From positions 2,054 to 66,053 of the forward strand of contig CAZXFB010000016.1 of assembly GCA_964639725.1 (NCBI GenBank): a stretch of 64,000 nucleotides of DNA, read 5' to 3'. The stretch comes from an uncultured Rikenellaceae bacterium. Its GTDB lineage: Bacteria > Bacteroidota > Bacteroidia > Bacteroidales > VadinHA17. The first letter of the stretch is position 1; each line of letters opens with the position of its first letter. Of this stretch, positions 10,158 through 19,993 are shown in pieces. A program made the position numbers and the translations under genes. A model generated the notes under the pieces. It was not told where the DNA came from, ran no database searches, and saw only the letters and a program-made list of their open reading frames with translations.

Positions 10158-12362
10158 TTATGCATTATCAATCCTGGATGCTTTCAATATCCCTTTTATT
10201 GCCTGAATTTTTCTTATAATTCCATAAAGAACATCATGGTTAGGTACCATTATATACAGTATTCCTTCAAATATTCCATCTTCCATTTTGTAATTGAAAC
10301 TACGTATACTTACCTTTTGATCAGATATTACATCAGCAATTTTATTTACCATACCAATATCTTCAACACCTGAAATTTTTATCGCAGCAACAGATGATGG
10401 ACTACTCTTTGACTTTGTCCATCTGGCAACCACTACCCTGTATGGATACCTTGCAATCATATTATGGGCGTTCGGGCAGTTCACCCTGTGTATTTTAATA
10501 CCCTCCGATATTGTCACAAAACCAAAAACAGCATCCCCGAAAACCGGATTGCAGCATCTTGACAATCTGTAATCAAGGCCTTCCACACTATCTTCAATAA
10601 CCAGGTAATCTGAATACTGAACATCAGATACATCTTTTATTTCTTTATCAGGAACAGTTGCAACCGGTGTAATTGGCAAATTGGTCCCTTCGTTCTGTAA
10701 GACTCCCTTAAGATCCAGAAGTTCAATCTTTCCAAGTGTAATCAGATAATAAAGGTCCTGTGAAGTTTTTAAACTGTAGAAATTCAGAAGCTTCTGAATC
10801 ACTAAATCACTGTAAGGCATTTTCCAGTTCTTAAACCTTCGCATTAGCATCTCCTTTCCTTCTGCAGCAGCTTTTGTCTTCTCCTCATTCAGAACCTGCC
10901 TTATCTTTGTTTTTGCTTTATTCGTGATTACGAATGATAGCCAATCCTGCTTAGGTTTCTGATTCTTTGACCTGATTATGGAAACATGATCCCCATTCTG
11001 TAAAACATACCTGATTGTAACATTTTTGCCATTTACTTTTGCACCGACACATGATGCCCCAACCAGAGTATGAATATCAAAAGCGAAATCAAGAACTGTT
11101 GACCCTGCCGGCAATTGTCGTAAATCGCCTTTTGGTGTAAAAACGAAAACCTCATCAGTATATAAACCTGACCTTACCTGATCTAAAAATGCTGTATCTT
11201 CTTTTTCAGAAGATTCAAGAATTTCACGCATTTTTGTAAGCCAGGTGTCGAGCCCCCCTTCACCCTTAATTCCCTTATACTTAAAATGTGCTGCAAGTCC
11301 CTTTTCAGCAATCTCATCCATTCTGAAGGACCTTATCTGCACTTCAACCCATTTCCCTCGTGGGCCTACAACTGTTGTGTGAAGCGACTCATATCCGTTT
11401 GATTTTGGAACTGATATCCAGTCGCGAAGTCTGCTTGGATTTGGTTGATACAGGTCTGCAACTATTGAATATGCCTTCCAGCAATCTGATTTTTCATTCT
11501 CCCCCTGACTCTCTAATATTATCCTTACTGCAAAAAGATCATAAATCTCTTCAAAATCCACACCCTGCTTCTTCATTTTCAGCATTATGGAATGTATTGA
11601 TTTTGTGCGGCTTTTAATAGTGAAGTTCAATCCTGCTTTTTCAAGTTTCGCCTTTAAAGGAGTAGAAAAGTCTCTGATAAGCTTGTTTCTTGATGCTGTT
11701 GTCTGCTTAATTTTCCCGGCTACTTCACTATATTGTTCAGGTTCCAGATATTTTACAGCAAGATCCTCCATTTCCGATTTTATATTATAGAATCCTAATC
11801 TGTGGGCCAGCGGAGCGTACAGAAAATAAGTCTCAGATGCTATCGGGATTCTCTCTTTTTCAGGTGCCATTTCCAGGTTGCGCATATCATCAAGTCGTTC
11901 AACAAGCTTTATAAGAATGACTCTTACATCATCAGCCAGGCTTAATAAGAGTTTCCTGAAATTTTCAGCCTGATAGGAAGACTGCATTGAATCTATACTG
12001 GATATCCTTGAAAAACCATTGAGTATCTCAACAACTTTTTTCCCAAACTCCTGTTCAATTTCCCTTGAATCGAGCCTTATCTTATTGAATGAATCATGGA
12101 GCAGCGCAGTTATGATGGAAGTAAGCCCAAGACCCATCTCTCCAGCAATTATCTTAGCAACTGACAATGCATGTATGATCAAAGGTTGTCCTGCACTTGT
12201 AACCTCTCCTGCACAAGCTTGTACAGCAAGGTCCAGAGCCCTTCGAATTTTAACATTATCTTCAGCTGCAACTGTATTTTTTGCGACTTGCAGCAGAGAC
12301 CTGTAACTGGAATATATTTTTCTTGATTCCACTTGTGCCAAATTAATATTAATATGATACAA
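10158..12362 (-). CDS. Long RelA/SpoT homolog ((p)ppGpp synthetase/hydrolase)
   Basis: HD (ALLHD), synthetase (YESLHT, EVQIR), TGS (FTPKG..DFAF) and ACT domains; start uncertain. Confidence 0.93.
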   Translation of the reverse strand: MYHININLAQVESRKIYSSYRSLLQVAKNTVAAEDNVKIRRALDLAVQACAGEVTSAGQPLIIHALSVAKIIAGEMGLGLTSIITALLHDSFNKIRLDSREIEQEFGKKVVEILNGFSRISSIDSMQSSYQAENFRKLLLSLADDVRVILIKLVERLDDMRNLEMAPEKERIPIASETYFLYAPLAHRLGFYNIKSEMEDLAVKYLEPEQYSEVAGKIKQTTASRNKLIRDFSTPLKAKLEKAGLNFTIKSRTKSIHSIMLKMKKQGVDFEEIYDLFAVRIILESQGENEKSDCWKAYSIVADLYQPNPSRLRDWISVPKSNGYESLHTTVVGPRGKWVEVQIRSFRMDEIAEKGLAAHFKYKGIKGEGGLDTWLTKMREILESSEKEDTAFLDQVRSGLYTDEVFVFTPKGDLRQLPAGSTVLDFAFDIHTLVGASCVGAKVNGKNVTIRYVLQNGDHVSIIRSKNQKPKQDWLSFVITNKAKTKIRQVLNEEKTKAAAEGKEMLMRRFKNWKMPYSDLVIQKLLNFYSLKTSQDLYYLITLGKIELLDLKGVLQNEGTNLPITPVATVPDKEIKDVSDVQYSDYLVIEDSVEGLDYRLSRCCNPVFGDAVFGFVTISEGIKIHRVNCPNAHNMIARYPYRVVVARWTKSKSSPSSVAAIKISGVEDIGMVNKIADVISDQKVSIRSFNYKMEDGIFEGILYIMVPNHDVLYGIIRKIQAIKGILKASRIDNA

Positions 12363-12409
12363 AAAAAGATAACTCTGGTAAATGTTTATTTTTTAAAATT
12401 ATCTATATC

Positions 12410-12451
12410 AAAAAAAATCCCCGGATGAACTTGCTATTCCCGGGGATTTTT
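12410..12451 (-). terminator. Intrinsic terminator (possibly bidirectional)
   Basis: AAAAATCCCCGG...CCGGGGATTTTT stem with A/T tracts, downstream of the 12469-13551 gene. Confidence 0.8.
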
Positions 12452-12468
12452 GAGTTTTATTAAATTTT

Positions 12469-13551
12469 CTATCTGAAAGATATCCCCAATCCGGCGGAAG
12501 CAACATTATAATGAGCTTTTGTATAATCTGCATGAATTGTGATAACTGCAAGCTTTATCCTGAAACCGATATTGGCTCGTAATCCGGAAAAATCTTCCAT
12601 ATCAGCGATCACAAAATCTTTTCCTTTTTTCACACCACTATCATTATAATCTACATAAGGCGCACTGGTTGCTGGTTGCACCAGCACCGGAGTCGGAAAA
12701 TTTCCCGAAAAATCCATTTCAGTATTGTTCTTACAATAACCAAGTCCTCCATAAAAAGTAATTACCTTCAGGTCAAGTGACGCAATTGCGCTTACATTTA
12801 ATGCTTCAATACTCAATGCTAAATTCTGATCATCGAATGCAGTGGAAGGGTATGCTTGTGTATAATGCGAAGTAATTGATGGATCAGGTTTCAGGTTTAA
12901 TGGTATATTTCCCTGAAGTTTAGTATAACCTGCAAAAATCGATACATCAACCGGAATTAATTTATTCCCAGGAATATATTGCATTACGCTATGCATAAGT
13001 CCAACGCCCCAGAGCGAAATATCTCCATCTTTTATCCTTATCTTGGGTATAAATCTTCCTTTAATTTCTGTTCCTAACGGTAACCCTATTCCGATTTGAG
13101 CCGTTGGTACCGGGATATATCCCCAGGCGGTACCCGGAGGAGTCTGAAAAGAGGCAAGTGTTACATTCCCGTTTTTATAAGTCATCGTTGGTCCTATTTT
13201 ATCAGGACCAGCAATTGTAGATGCTGAGCCAGTGCCGGAAATTGAAGATGAAAGTCCAATGGTTGAAATATCAAACGTCTCAGCAGCAGATGGAACAATT
13301 CCAACATTCATACCTGTTGTTATATCAAATCCACCAAATTTATGCGGTTTTGCTGTATTATACCAGCTACCATTCAGTCCTGCACCAAATGCATTTACCC
13401 ATGGTCCAATATAAGCCTGAATGATTTTAACTCCATCTGCAGGGCCACTTCTTAAAAAATCGACATTGTCAATTTGTGAAAATGCTGAAGATGACATAAG
13501 TAATACGGAGGTAAGAAGAACTCCAAATCGTTTATTGAATGTATTGTTCAT
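12469..13551 (-). CDS. Secreted/outer-membrane protein, DUF6588-like
   Basis: Signal peptide; GWYNTAKPHK..GFD motif; alternating beta-strands ending ISFR. Confidence 0.6.
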   Translation of the reverse strand: MNNTFNKRFGVLLTSVLLMSSSAFSQIDNVDFLRSGPADGVKIIQAYIGPWVNAFGAGLNGSWYNTAKPHKFGGFDITTGMNVGIVPSAAETFDISTIGLSSSISGTGSASTIAGPDKIGPTMTYKNGNVTLASFQTPPGTAWGYIPVPTAQIGIGLPLGTEIKGRFIPKIRIKDGDISLWGVGLMHSVMQYIPGNKLIPVDVSIFAGYTKLQGNIPLNLKPDPSITSHYTQAYPSTAFDDQNLALSIEALNVSAIASLDLKVITFYGGLGYCKNNTEMDFSGNFPTPVLVQPATSAPYVDYNDSGVKKGKDFVIADMEDFSGLRANIGFRIKLAVITIHADYTKAHYNVASAGLGISFR

Positions 13552-13636
13552 ATTAGTTTATTTGGTTTATATTGGAATTATATACAAATATAAAAAAAAC
13601 TTAACACCCAAAACATAAGGGCGTCTGACATATTCT

Positions 13637-13666
13637 ATATAACAACATCAAAACGACAAAGGTTGC
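13637..13666 (-). promoter_or_regulatory. Putative ECF sigma promoter for the DUF6588-like gene
   Basis: Minus strand GCAAC-ctttgtcgttttgatgt-TGTTATAT, resembling the element upstream of 15839. Confidence 0.35.
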
Positions 13667-13691
13667 GTGAGAGAATTATATTTATCATTGA

Positions 13692-14219
13692 TCACTCTTC
13701 AGGTTTTTTCTTTTCAAGTTCCTCCAGCGTTTTAAGTTCCTGAATTCCAATGTTTTTAGAAAGATCTGAAATATTCTTCATACTAAGGTCGCCTTTTATC
13801 GAAATTAATGAGTTACCCCCTGGACCGCCTTTCACAACAAGCAACTCAGTAATAATACCTCCTGTTTCACGGATAAGAAACTTGGTGATATCACGTCCTT
13901 CTTTTACAACCATAAGTTCTTCAAAAACAGACAAATCGAGCTTCCTGCTTAGCTCAGAATAGAAGTTAAGATTCAGGTTCAGCAAGGAATCTTCCACTGA
14001 AAGTATCCTGATAGATTTCAATCTTTTGATCAGATTATCAGCATCCGGATTCTCAGAATCCAGGTTAGCAAACATACTAAACATCCTGCTTGAGATTGTA
14101 ACCAGAGTAAATCCGTCCTTCTCAGAGTATTTATTAAACATCTCATCTACAGGATTCGTCTGAGCCTGAATCGTGATAGTCAGGAATAATACAGTTAAAA
14201 ACAAAAAAGACTTTTTCAT
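13692..14219 (-). CDS. DUF4252 family secreted protein
   Basis: Signal peptide; FNKYSEKDGFTLVTIS, EELMVVK, ISIKGDL. Confidence 0.8.
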   Translation of the reverse strand: MKKSFLFLTVLFLTITIQAQTNPVDEMFNKYSEKDGFTLVTISSRMFSMFANLDSENPDADNLIKRLKSIRILSVEDSLLNLNLNFYSELSRKLDLSVFEELMVVKEGRDITKFLIRETGGIITELLVVKGGPGGNSLISIKGDLSMKNISDLSKNIGIQELKTLEELEKKKPEE

Positions 14220-14239
14220 ATCATAAATATTATATTATA

Positions 14240-14788
14240 TTATTTTTTCCCATCGGAAACCCTTGTTAAATCTATTGCAGTTTGTATATACTCAAGGTTC
14301 CTGAGGTTTTTCCCGATTTCCTTTGATTTCACTTCATTGATTATGCCAACCGGCTCCAGTGATCTTGTTCCTTTATTGAGCTGTGCAGAGACATTCAAAA
14401 GGATTTTAATAGTCTCTGCATATGCAATCTCAGGATCATTGAAAGTATCCTCCAGTCCTTCTTTATCAGCGAAGAAAAAATATGAACCAACCATGACTAG
14501 CAATCCGGCTGCTGTGCTCATAATCCAAAGAGCAAAAGTTCTGTTTCTTCCTGGCTTTTTCATTCTATCGGATTCATCAATCCCTTTTAGAATCCTGCTC
14601 TCGAAGTCAGCTGATGGTTCCGGAATTATTACCGAAGAGGAATAATAATTGAAGAGGGCCTTTTCAGTATCAAAGCCCTGAGGGATATCATCTTCCCTAA
14701 AGAAAACCTTCAGTAATTCTTCCTCCTCTTCAGTACTCTCTACGCTGTAAAACTTTTCGAGTAACCTGTTTAATTCCTCTTTATTCAT
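14240..14788 (-). CDS. Putative membrane anti-sigma factor
   Basis: LLEKFY..ESTEEEE N-terminus, one TM helix, DTFNDPEIAY motif; overlaps the ECF sigma stop. ATG 14788 used. Confidence 0.7.
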   Translation of the reverse strand: MNKEELNRLLEKFYSVESTEEEEELLKVFFREDDIPQGFDTEKALFNYYSSSVIIPEPSADFESRILKGIDESDRMKKPGRNRTFALWIMSTAAGLLVMVGSYFFFADKEGLEDTFNDPEIAYAETIKILLNVSAQLNKGTRSLEPVGIINEVKSKEIGKNLRNLEYIQTAIDLTRVSDGKK

Positions 14789-15287
14789 TATTGTACCTTT
14801 TATATTCATCTCTTATAAATCCCCTTGCTCTTGATAATGTAACCCTTATAGTGTTAATGTTTTGTCCGGTTTTTGCTGCTATCTCTTCATATGATAAACC
14901 CTCAATATCTCTCAGCTCAATCACCAACCTGTATTTTTCATCAAGGTCCCCGATTAACCTATGGACAATTGCATCTGATTCAGCATGTTCCATTTGGTCT
15001 TGCGGAGACGGGCTAGTCTTCAACTGATAATTATTAATATCATAAGAACCATCAGCTGCATGTTTTTGTTTCCGTATCTGATCGATACAATAGTTTTTGG
15101 TCATTGTAGTGGCAAGTGCATCTATGCTGGTATAATTTTCAAGTCTGTCACCCATTTTCCACAGTTTAATTAATACCTCCTGAACAGCATCTTCCGCTTC
15201 CTCCTGATTATGAAGGATCCGATATGCAAATCCGTATAGTGTGCGGCTCTGTTGCAGAACGTACTCATTAAACTTCTCCCTGGTCAT
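14781..15287 (-). CDS. ECF RNA polymerase sigma factor
   Basis: Region 2 EAEDAVQEVLIKLW; region 4 GLSYEEIA..TIRVTLSRAR. Confidence 0.93.
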   Translation of the reverse strand: MTREKFNEYVLQQSRTLYGFAYRILHNQEEAEDAVQEVLIKLWKMGDRLENYTSIDALATTMTKNYCIDQIRKQKHAADGSYDINNYQLKTSPSPQDQMEHAESDAIVHRLIGDLDEKYRLVIELRDIEGLSYEEIAAKTGQNINTIRVTLSRARGFIRDEYKRYNNE

Positions 15288-15335
15288 TTGCAGAAAAGTA
15301 ACTAATTATAGCTTTAAAGATAGTTACATTAGTTA

Positions 15336-15839
15336 TTACTTATGGACCGCTACTATATTCAAACCATGGTTTTTCTTTGCATCCTCAGAGAATTTTTTTG
15401 CTTCCTTAAATGTCATTTCACCTTTTATCTGAACTACTGCGTTATCCTCACCACCGGCAATCAGAAGAAATTCCCTGAACTTGTTCCCTTCCGCACGTAC
15501 ATACATTTTGAGATCCTGATGCGTTTTCTTTACACTCATAAACTCCTCATAATCGCCGACTTTAATACCTTTTATAACTAGATCATAAAAGTTTTCAACC
15601 TGCATGTTATCATTCTCCTGTGCCAGGATACGAATCTCAGTAACATTTGCAGGTATCGAATTATCATCATCATCATCATCATCAAGGCAGGATGCAAATT
15701 TAAGAAGGTCGCCGCTTATTGTAACCGTCACAAATCCTTCTTTTCCGGCATACTTATCGAATAATGCATCAATTGATCTCTGTGCATGTAAAGATGTGAT
15801 TGATAAAGAAATAACAACAATAAATAGTAATTTTTTCAT
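15336..15839 (-). CDS. DUF4252 family secreted protein
   Basis: Signal peptide; FDKYAGKEGFVTVTIS; paralog of 13692-14219. Confidence 0.8.
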   Translation of the reverse strand: MKKLLFIVVISLSITSLHAQRSIDALFDKYAGKEGFVTVTISGDLLKFASCLDDDDDDDNSIPANVTEIRILAQENDNMQVENFYDLVIKGIKVGDYEEFMSVKKTHQDLKMYVRAEGNKFREFLLIAGGEDNAVVQIKGEMTFKEAKKFSEDAKKNHGLNIVAVHK

Positions 15840-15873
15840 GGCTTAATCTTTTTAATTATGAACTGTTTCATTG

Positions 15874-15903
15874 ATATGACGTATCAAACGAAAATTCATT
15901 ACA
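15874..15903 (-). promoter_or_regulatory. Putative ECF sigma promoter (autoregulatory)
   Basis: Minus strand TGTAAT-gaattttcgtttgata-CGTCATAT upstream of the DUF4252-sigma operon. Confidence 0.45.
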
Positions 15904-15979
15904 AAAAAGCCATTTACCGAAATGGTCGCAAAGACTTATCGCAAAGAGTGCAAAGTAAATACAATGATAAAGAGTATGA

Positions 15980-16798
15980 TTATTTAATCGGCGATTTTGG
16001 CTCTCTGGACATTTCGTAGTAATATACCCAGTCGACGAATGTAGGCACAATCCTCTGAAAAAGAGCTGTCAAGCGACCGTCCCAGGTAAGAAGTTTGTTA
16101 CGTTTCTTCTTTTTTATACCTTTAAGAACCCATCGGGCTACATACTCGGGGGACATCAGTTTTCGTTCATCACGCGGTGACTCCCCCTGTTCTTCCCCGC
16201 TGGCAGTCAATGCATGTCTTCTGATCTCTGTTGATGTAAAACCTGGTGCAATGATCATAACATGTAATCCCTTTTTTAGATTTTCAATTCTAATAGTCTC
16301 AAGGAAACCATGTATTGCAAATTTTGAAGCAGAATAGCCTGTTCTTCCTGGTAATCCATGAAAACCGGCAACTGAGGATACCCCTATCAGGGAACCTTTC
16401 TGTTCAACCAGGTATGGCAATGCATACTTTGTACAATAGACTGTTCCCCAAAAATTTACATTCATAAGCCGATGAAGTACTTTCAGATCAACTTCGGGAA
16501 ATGTAGCTCTCATTGAAATTCCTGCGTTATTCACAAGAATATTAATTGTACCATATATTTCGATAGTTTTTTCAATAAGATTTTTACACTCCTCTTCAAT
16601 ACTCACATCAGTTTTAATATAAGTTGCCTCACAATCTGAAGTTTTTAACTCGTTAACTATCTCAGCAAGCCGCGCCACAGAACGGGCTGCCAGAACAACC
16701 TTACTGCCATTCATTGCAAACTCGCGGGCGATTGCTTCTCCGATTCCTGAGGAAGCCCCTGTGATTATCACAACTTTGTCTTTAAATAGTTTGTTCAT
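15980..16798 (-). CDS. SDR family oxidoreductase
   Basis: TGASSGIG, NNAG, YSASK. Confidence 0.92.
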   Translation of the reverse strand: MNKLFKDKVVIITGASSGIGEAIAREFAMNGSKVVLAARSVARLAEIVNELKTSDCEATYIKTDVSIEEECKNLIEKTIEIYGTINILVNNAGISMRATFPEVDLKVLHRLMNVNFWGTVYCTKYALPYLVEQKGSLIGVSSVAGFHGLPGRTGYSASKFAIHGFLETIRIENLKKGLHVMIIAPGFTSTEIRRHALTASGEEQGESPRDERKLMSPEYVARWVLKGIKKKKRNKLLTWDGRLTALFQRIVPTFVDWVYYYEMSREPKSPIK

Positions 16799-16922
16799 AG
16801 TTTTAACTTTGTAATAACCTTCAGTCTTTAAAGTTATAATAAAAGATCAAAAAAAAGTTAAAAAAAAAAGACTTTATGTAATGAAAAACGATTCTATTAT
16901 TTGTATAGAAATAAATTTATGG

Positions 16923-16930
16923 TACATTTG
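16923..16930 (+). promoter_or_regulatory. Bacteroidota -7 promoter element for tRNA-Lys
   Basis: TACATTTG about 20 nt upstream of the tRNA, with TTTG about 20 nt further upstream. Confidence 0.65.
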
Positions 16931-16949
16931 CACTCGCAAATTTAAGAAG

Positions 16950-17022
16950 GATTCAGTAGCTCAGCTGGTAGAGCACATCCCTTTTAAGGATGGGGTCCTG
17001 GGTTCGAGCCCCAGCTGGATCA
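16950..17022 (+). tRNA. tRNA-Lys (anticodon TTT)
   Basis: Acceptor GATTCAG/CTGGATC, D-arm AGCTCAGCTGGTAGAGC, anticodon arm CATCC-CTTTTAA-GGATG, T-arm GGTTCGAGCC; CCA not encoded. Confidence 0.97.
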
Positions 17023-17031
17023 CAAAATGAG

Positions 17032-17060
17032 AAAAGAAATTAGAAATAATTTCTTTTTTT
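17032..17060 (+). terminator. AT-rich terminator after tRNA
   Basis: AAAAGAAATTA-GAAA-TAATTTCTTTT followed by a T run. Confidence 0.55.
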
Positions 17061-17397
17061 GTTTGGAATAGTTTGTACTTCATTTCAGATAATCACTGTA
17101 ATTGGATTTACAAAGACCAAGTGGTTTCTACCTCTTATATGAGAGTATATTGCCTTATAATATTAAGGTAAACTACACATTTACAAATATATACATTTCG
17201 CGGATTTAATCCTGCATTAATTTTTTTCTTTCATGGTAATTTAGAACCAGGACGGAAAGGTCAGGATAAATACTTTTTGATAAAATAAGTATTACTAATT
17301 AATTTTTGATTAATTTGGATGTAATAAAAAGGTTTCAATACACGGTCATACTGTTAAATATTAAGATAATACAATTTTGGTGTAATTAAGAATTCAA

Positions 17398-18501
17398 ATG
17401 AAACAAAGTATTATACTGCTCTTCACTTCTTTTTTTCTGGTGAGTGGATGCACCAGCAATATTAAAAACTCAAAATATGACAATATTAAAGCTTTTAATA
17501 TTGATTATAACTGGGGCCCTGGAGGTCCACACGGCTTTGCTAAACCAGGTTTATGGTCTGATGCAAATCCCGATACACTAATGAAATGGTATAGCGATCT
17601 GGGCTGCAATGTTGTACATTCATTTGGCGTTTCATGTAACGGGTTTGCCTGGTATAAAAACGGGATTGTTCCTGAACAGCCGGGGTTAAAATATGATCTC
17701 CTTAGTGAGATGGTTAAAATCGGACGCAAAAAAAATATGAAAGTTTTCGGCTATTTCTGTGTTGGGGCGAATAATAAATGGGAGGCAGATCATCCCGATT
17801 TGTGCTACCAGATGGATGGGCAACAGATTCCTCTTACAGCCCAATATATCAGCTACTTATGCTCATCAATTGAAGATGCCATAAAAAAAACAGATATGGA
17901 TGGTATAATGTTGGATTGGTTTTATAATCCTGGAGGTGGCAGGAGTCCGCTTCCTTCATTGAGATGGATGAAATGTGAAGAGGTAATGTATTATGAATTA
18001 ATGAACCAACCTTTCCCTGGAAAAGATAAAATTACACCTGAAATTGAATTGGATTTCCGTCGGAAATCTATTGACAGGGCCTGGAAACAGATTAAAGAAA
18101 CAACTAAGAATACAAAGTCAGATTGTATCATCTGGTTGACAGCATATGATGTTAACAGTTTGGAGTATAAAGGTTCAGCACTGCTACAGGAAACTGATTG
18201 GTTAATGAATGAAGCCGGAGATATCTCAAGAACTGCTGCTATGCGTGGATCGGTGGGTAGTGAGACCAAACTTATCACTTGCCTTGCAAATTGGAACAAA
18301 CAGGATCCTTCAGTAATAGTCCCTGCAGCAATTAAAGAGAAAGTCGGGCTTTATGGTTTTACAAAACCAGTGGTTGGTTATATGTTGCCACCAGTAAGTT
18401 ACTATCTGTCAAAATCTGTAGATAGCTTAAGAGGTGATGAAAGGAATATTGCAGTTTTGGCTCGTGTTTATAATAATCTCTCCCTTGATTATATTAAATA
18501 A
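17398..18501 (+). CDS. Lipoprotein, putative TIM-barrel glycoside hydrolase of unclear family
   Basis: Lipobox LVSGC; KVFGYFCV..W..HP and DGIMLDW resemble GH29/GHL-type barrels; upstream of a GH29. Confidence 0.55.
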   Translation: MKQSIILLFTSFFLVSGCTSNIKNSKYDNIKAFNIDYNWGPGGPHGFAKPGLWSDANPDTLMKWYSDLGCNVVHSFGVSCNGFAWYKNGIVPEQPGLKYDLLSEMVKIGRKKNMKVFGYFCVGANNKWEADHPDLCYQMDGQQIPLTAQYISYLCSSIEDAIKKTDMDGIMLDWFYNPGGGRSPLPSLRWMKCEEVMYYELMNQPFPGKDKITPEIELDFRRKSIDRAWKQIKETTKNTKSDCIIWLTAYDVNSLEYKGSALLQETDWLMNEAGDISRTAAMRGSVGSETKLITCLANWNKQDPSVIVPAAIKEKVGLYGFTKPVVGYMLPPVSYYLSKSVDSLRGDERNIAVLARVYNNLSLDYIK

Positions 18502-18563
18502 TAGCTTATAACATTAAAAATTTTACGAGATAACTTTGGAACGATTGGATTATACTGTTAGAA

Positions 18564-19931
18564 ATGAAAAGACGCAATTTTCTGCATACCCTTGCATACA
18601 GTTCGCTGGTCGCAGGTACTGGATCATCATTCAAAATTTCTACTTCTACAGAAAACAAAGTATCTCAAAATATTTCCGGGGAAATTAAATATTTTGGTGA
18701 TGGCCGCGACTGGTTTTTTGAGAAGCGTTTTGGAATGTTCATTCACTGGGGTATTTACTCGGTCCATGGCTGGCATGAGCAGCATATGTTCCGTAAGAAA
18801 CTCAGCCGCGGGTCATATGAACCGTTGATGAAGTTGTTCAACCCGGTGAAGTTTAATCCAGACCAATGGATAGATCTCGCAGAAGAGGCAGGGATGAAGT
18901 ATCTCACCTTTACGACCAAACATGTGGACGGATTCTGTATGTGGGATACTAAACAAACTTCATATAATGTTACACGCACCCCTTACGCTAAGGACACCCT
19001 TGAGCTTATCGCCGAAACTTGTCACAGACGTAACTTTCCACTCTGCTTATACTATTCATTAGCAGACATGCATCAACCCAACTACCCGAACGCCGGTCGA
19101 TCATATGAGTTACCTGCACCGGAACCAGGTGATAAGCCTGACCTTGCCCGTTATATTGAGTATGTAAAGGCTCAGGTGAGTGAATTATGTACCAATTACG
19201 GTACTATACATGGTTTCTGGTGGGACGCTAACGTTATTAAGTACCACGACCCTTCCATCAATGAACTGATCCGTCATCTTCAGCCCAACGCAATCATTAA
19301 TAACCGAGGTTGCGACGATGGCGATTTTGGCACTCCTGAACGTGACTACCAGAAAGATGATTACCTTTCCTTTGATCGTCCTATCGAGGCTTGTCAGTCT
19401 GTTGGGATTGAAAGCTGGGGTTACCGTAAAAATGAAGACTATTACAACGATCGTCATTTAATGAGCTGCATAGACAAGTATTTATCTCGAAATGCAAATT
19501 ATCTGCTCAATGTCGGACCTGACCCATTGGGTGTTATACCTGATAAAAGCCAGCAAATATTAAAGAACATTGGAAAGTGGTATAAGACGGTAAGTGAGTC
19601 ATTCGTTCAGGTTGAACCTGCATCAAATCTTACTTCGAATAAAGATGTTATGCTTACCAGAAGAAAAAATATTTTATATGTACATTTAAACAAAAACCCT
19701 GAATGCAATGTTGTTAAGCTCAGACCGTTTACCGTAAAGCCTTTAAGTGCTTTTTTACTCAATACAGGGCAAAAGGTAGAATTTGAACTTGAATTTGCAC
19801 CTCAGGATTATGTGAAGCAACAATCATATCTGCGGTTAGTCAACTTACCAACCAATGAACTGTTTAATACAGTTTTGGTAATAAAACTTGAGTTTGACCG
19901 ATCAGTGGAGGAATATAGTTCCCTGATTTAA
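18564..19931 (+). CDS. Alpha-L-fucosidase (GH29) with Tat-like signal
   Basis: MKRRNFL signal; FGMFIHWG, TTKHVDGFCMW, GFWWD nucleophile region, NYLLNVGP. Confidence 0.9.
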   Translation: MKRRNFLHTLAYSSLVAGTGSSFKISTSTENKVSQNISGEIKYFGDGRDWFFEKRFGMFIHWGIYSVHGWHEQHMFRKKLSRGSYEPLMKLFNPVKFNPDQWIDLAEEAGMKYLTFTTKHVDGFCMWDTKQTSYNVTRTPYAKDTLELIAETCHRRNFPLCLYYSLADMHQPNYPNAGRSYELPAPEPGDKPDLARYIEYVKAQVSELCTNYGTIHGFWWDANVIKYHDPSINELIRHLQPNAIINNRGCDDGDFGTPERDYQKDDYLSFDRPIEACQSVGIESWGYRKNEDYYNDRHLMSCIDKYLSRNANYLLNVGPDPLGVIPDKSQQILKNIGKWYKTVSESFVQVEPASNLTSNKDVMLTRRKNILYVHLNKNPECNVVKLRPFTVKPLSAFLLNTGQKVEFELEFAPQDYVKQQSYLRLVNLPTNELFNTVLVIKLEFDRSVEEYSSLI

Positions 19932-19993
19932 AATCATAAGAAGTATAAGCTGCACATCGGGCAGTTTTGGTGTCAATCAGAAAAATATATACT

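Noticed and set aside
15663-15683. (TCA)7 microsatellite
   Set aside because: In-frame trinucleotide repeat encoding poly-Asp in DUF4252; not a phase-variation switch
17023-19993. Integrative element at tRNA-Lys
   Set aside because: No integrase and no duplicated tRNA 3' end found; kept only as a possible islet
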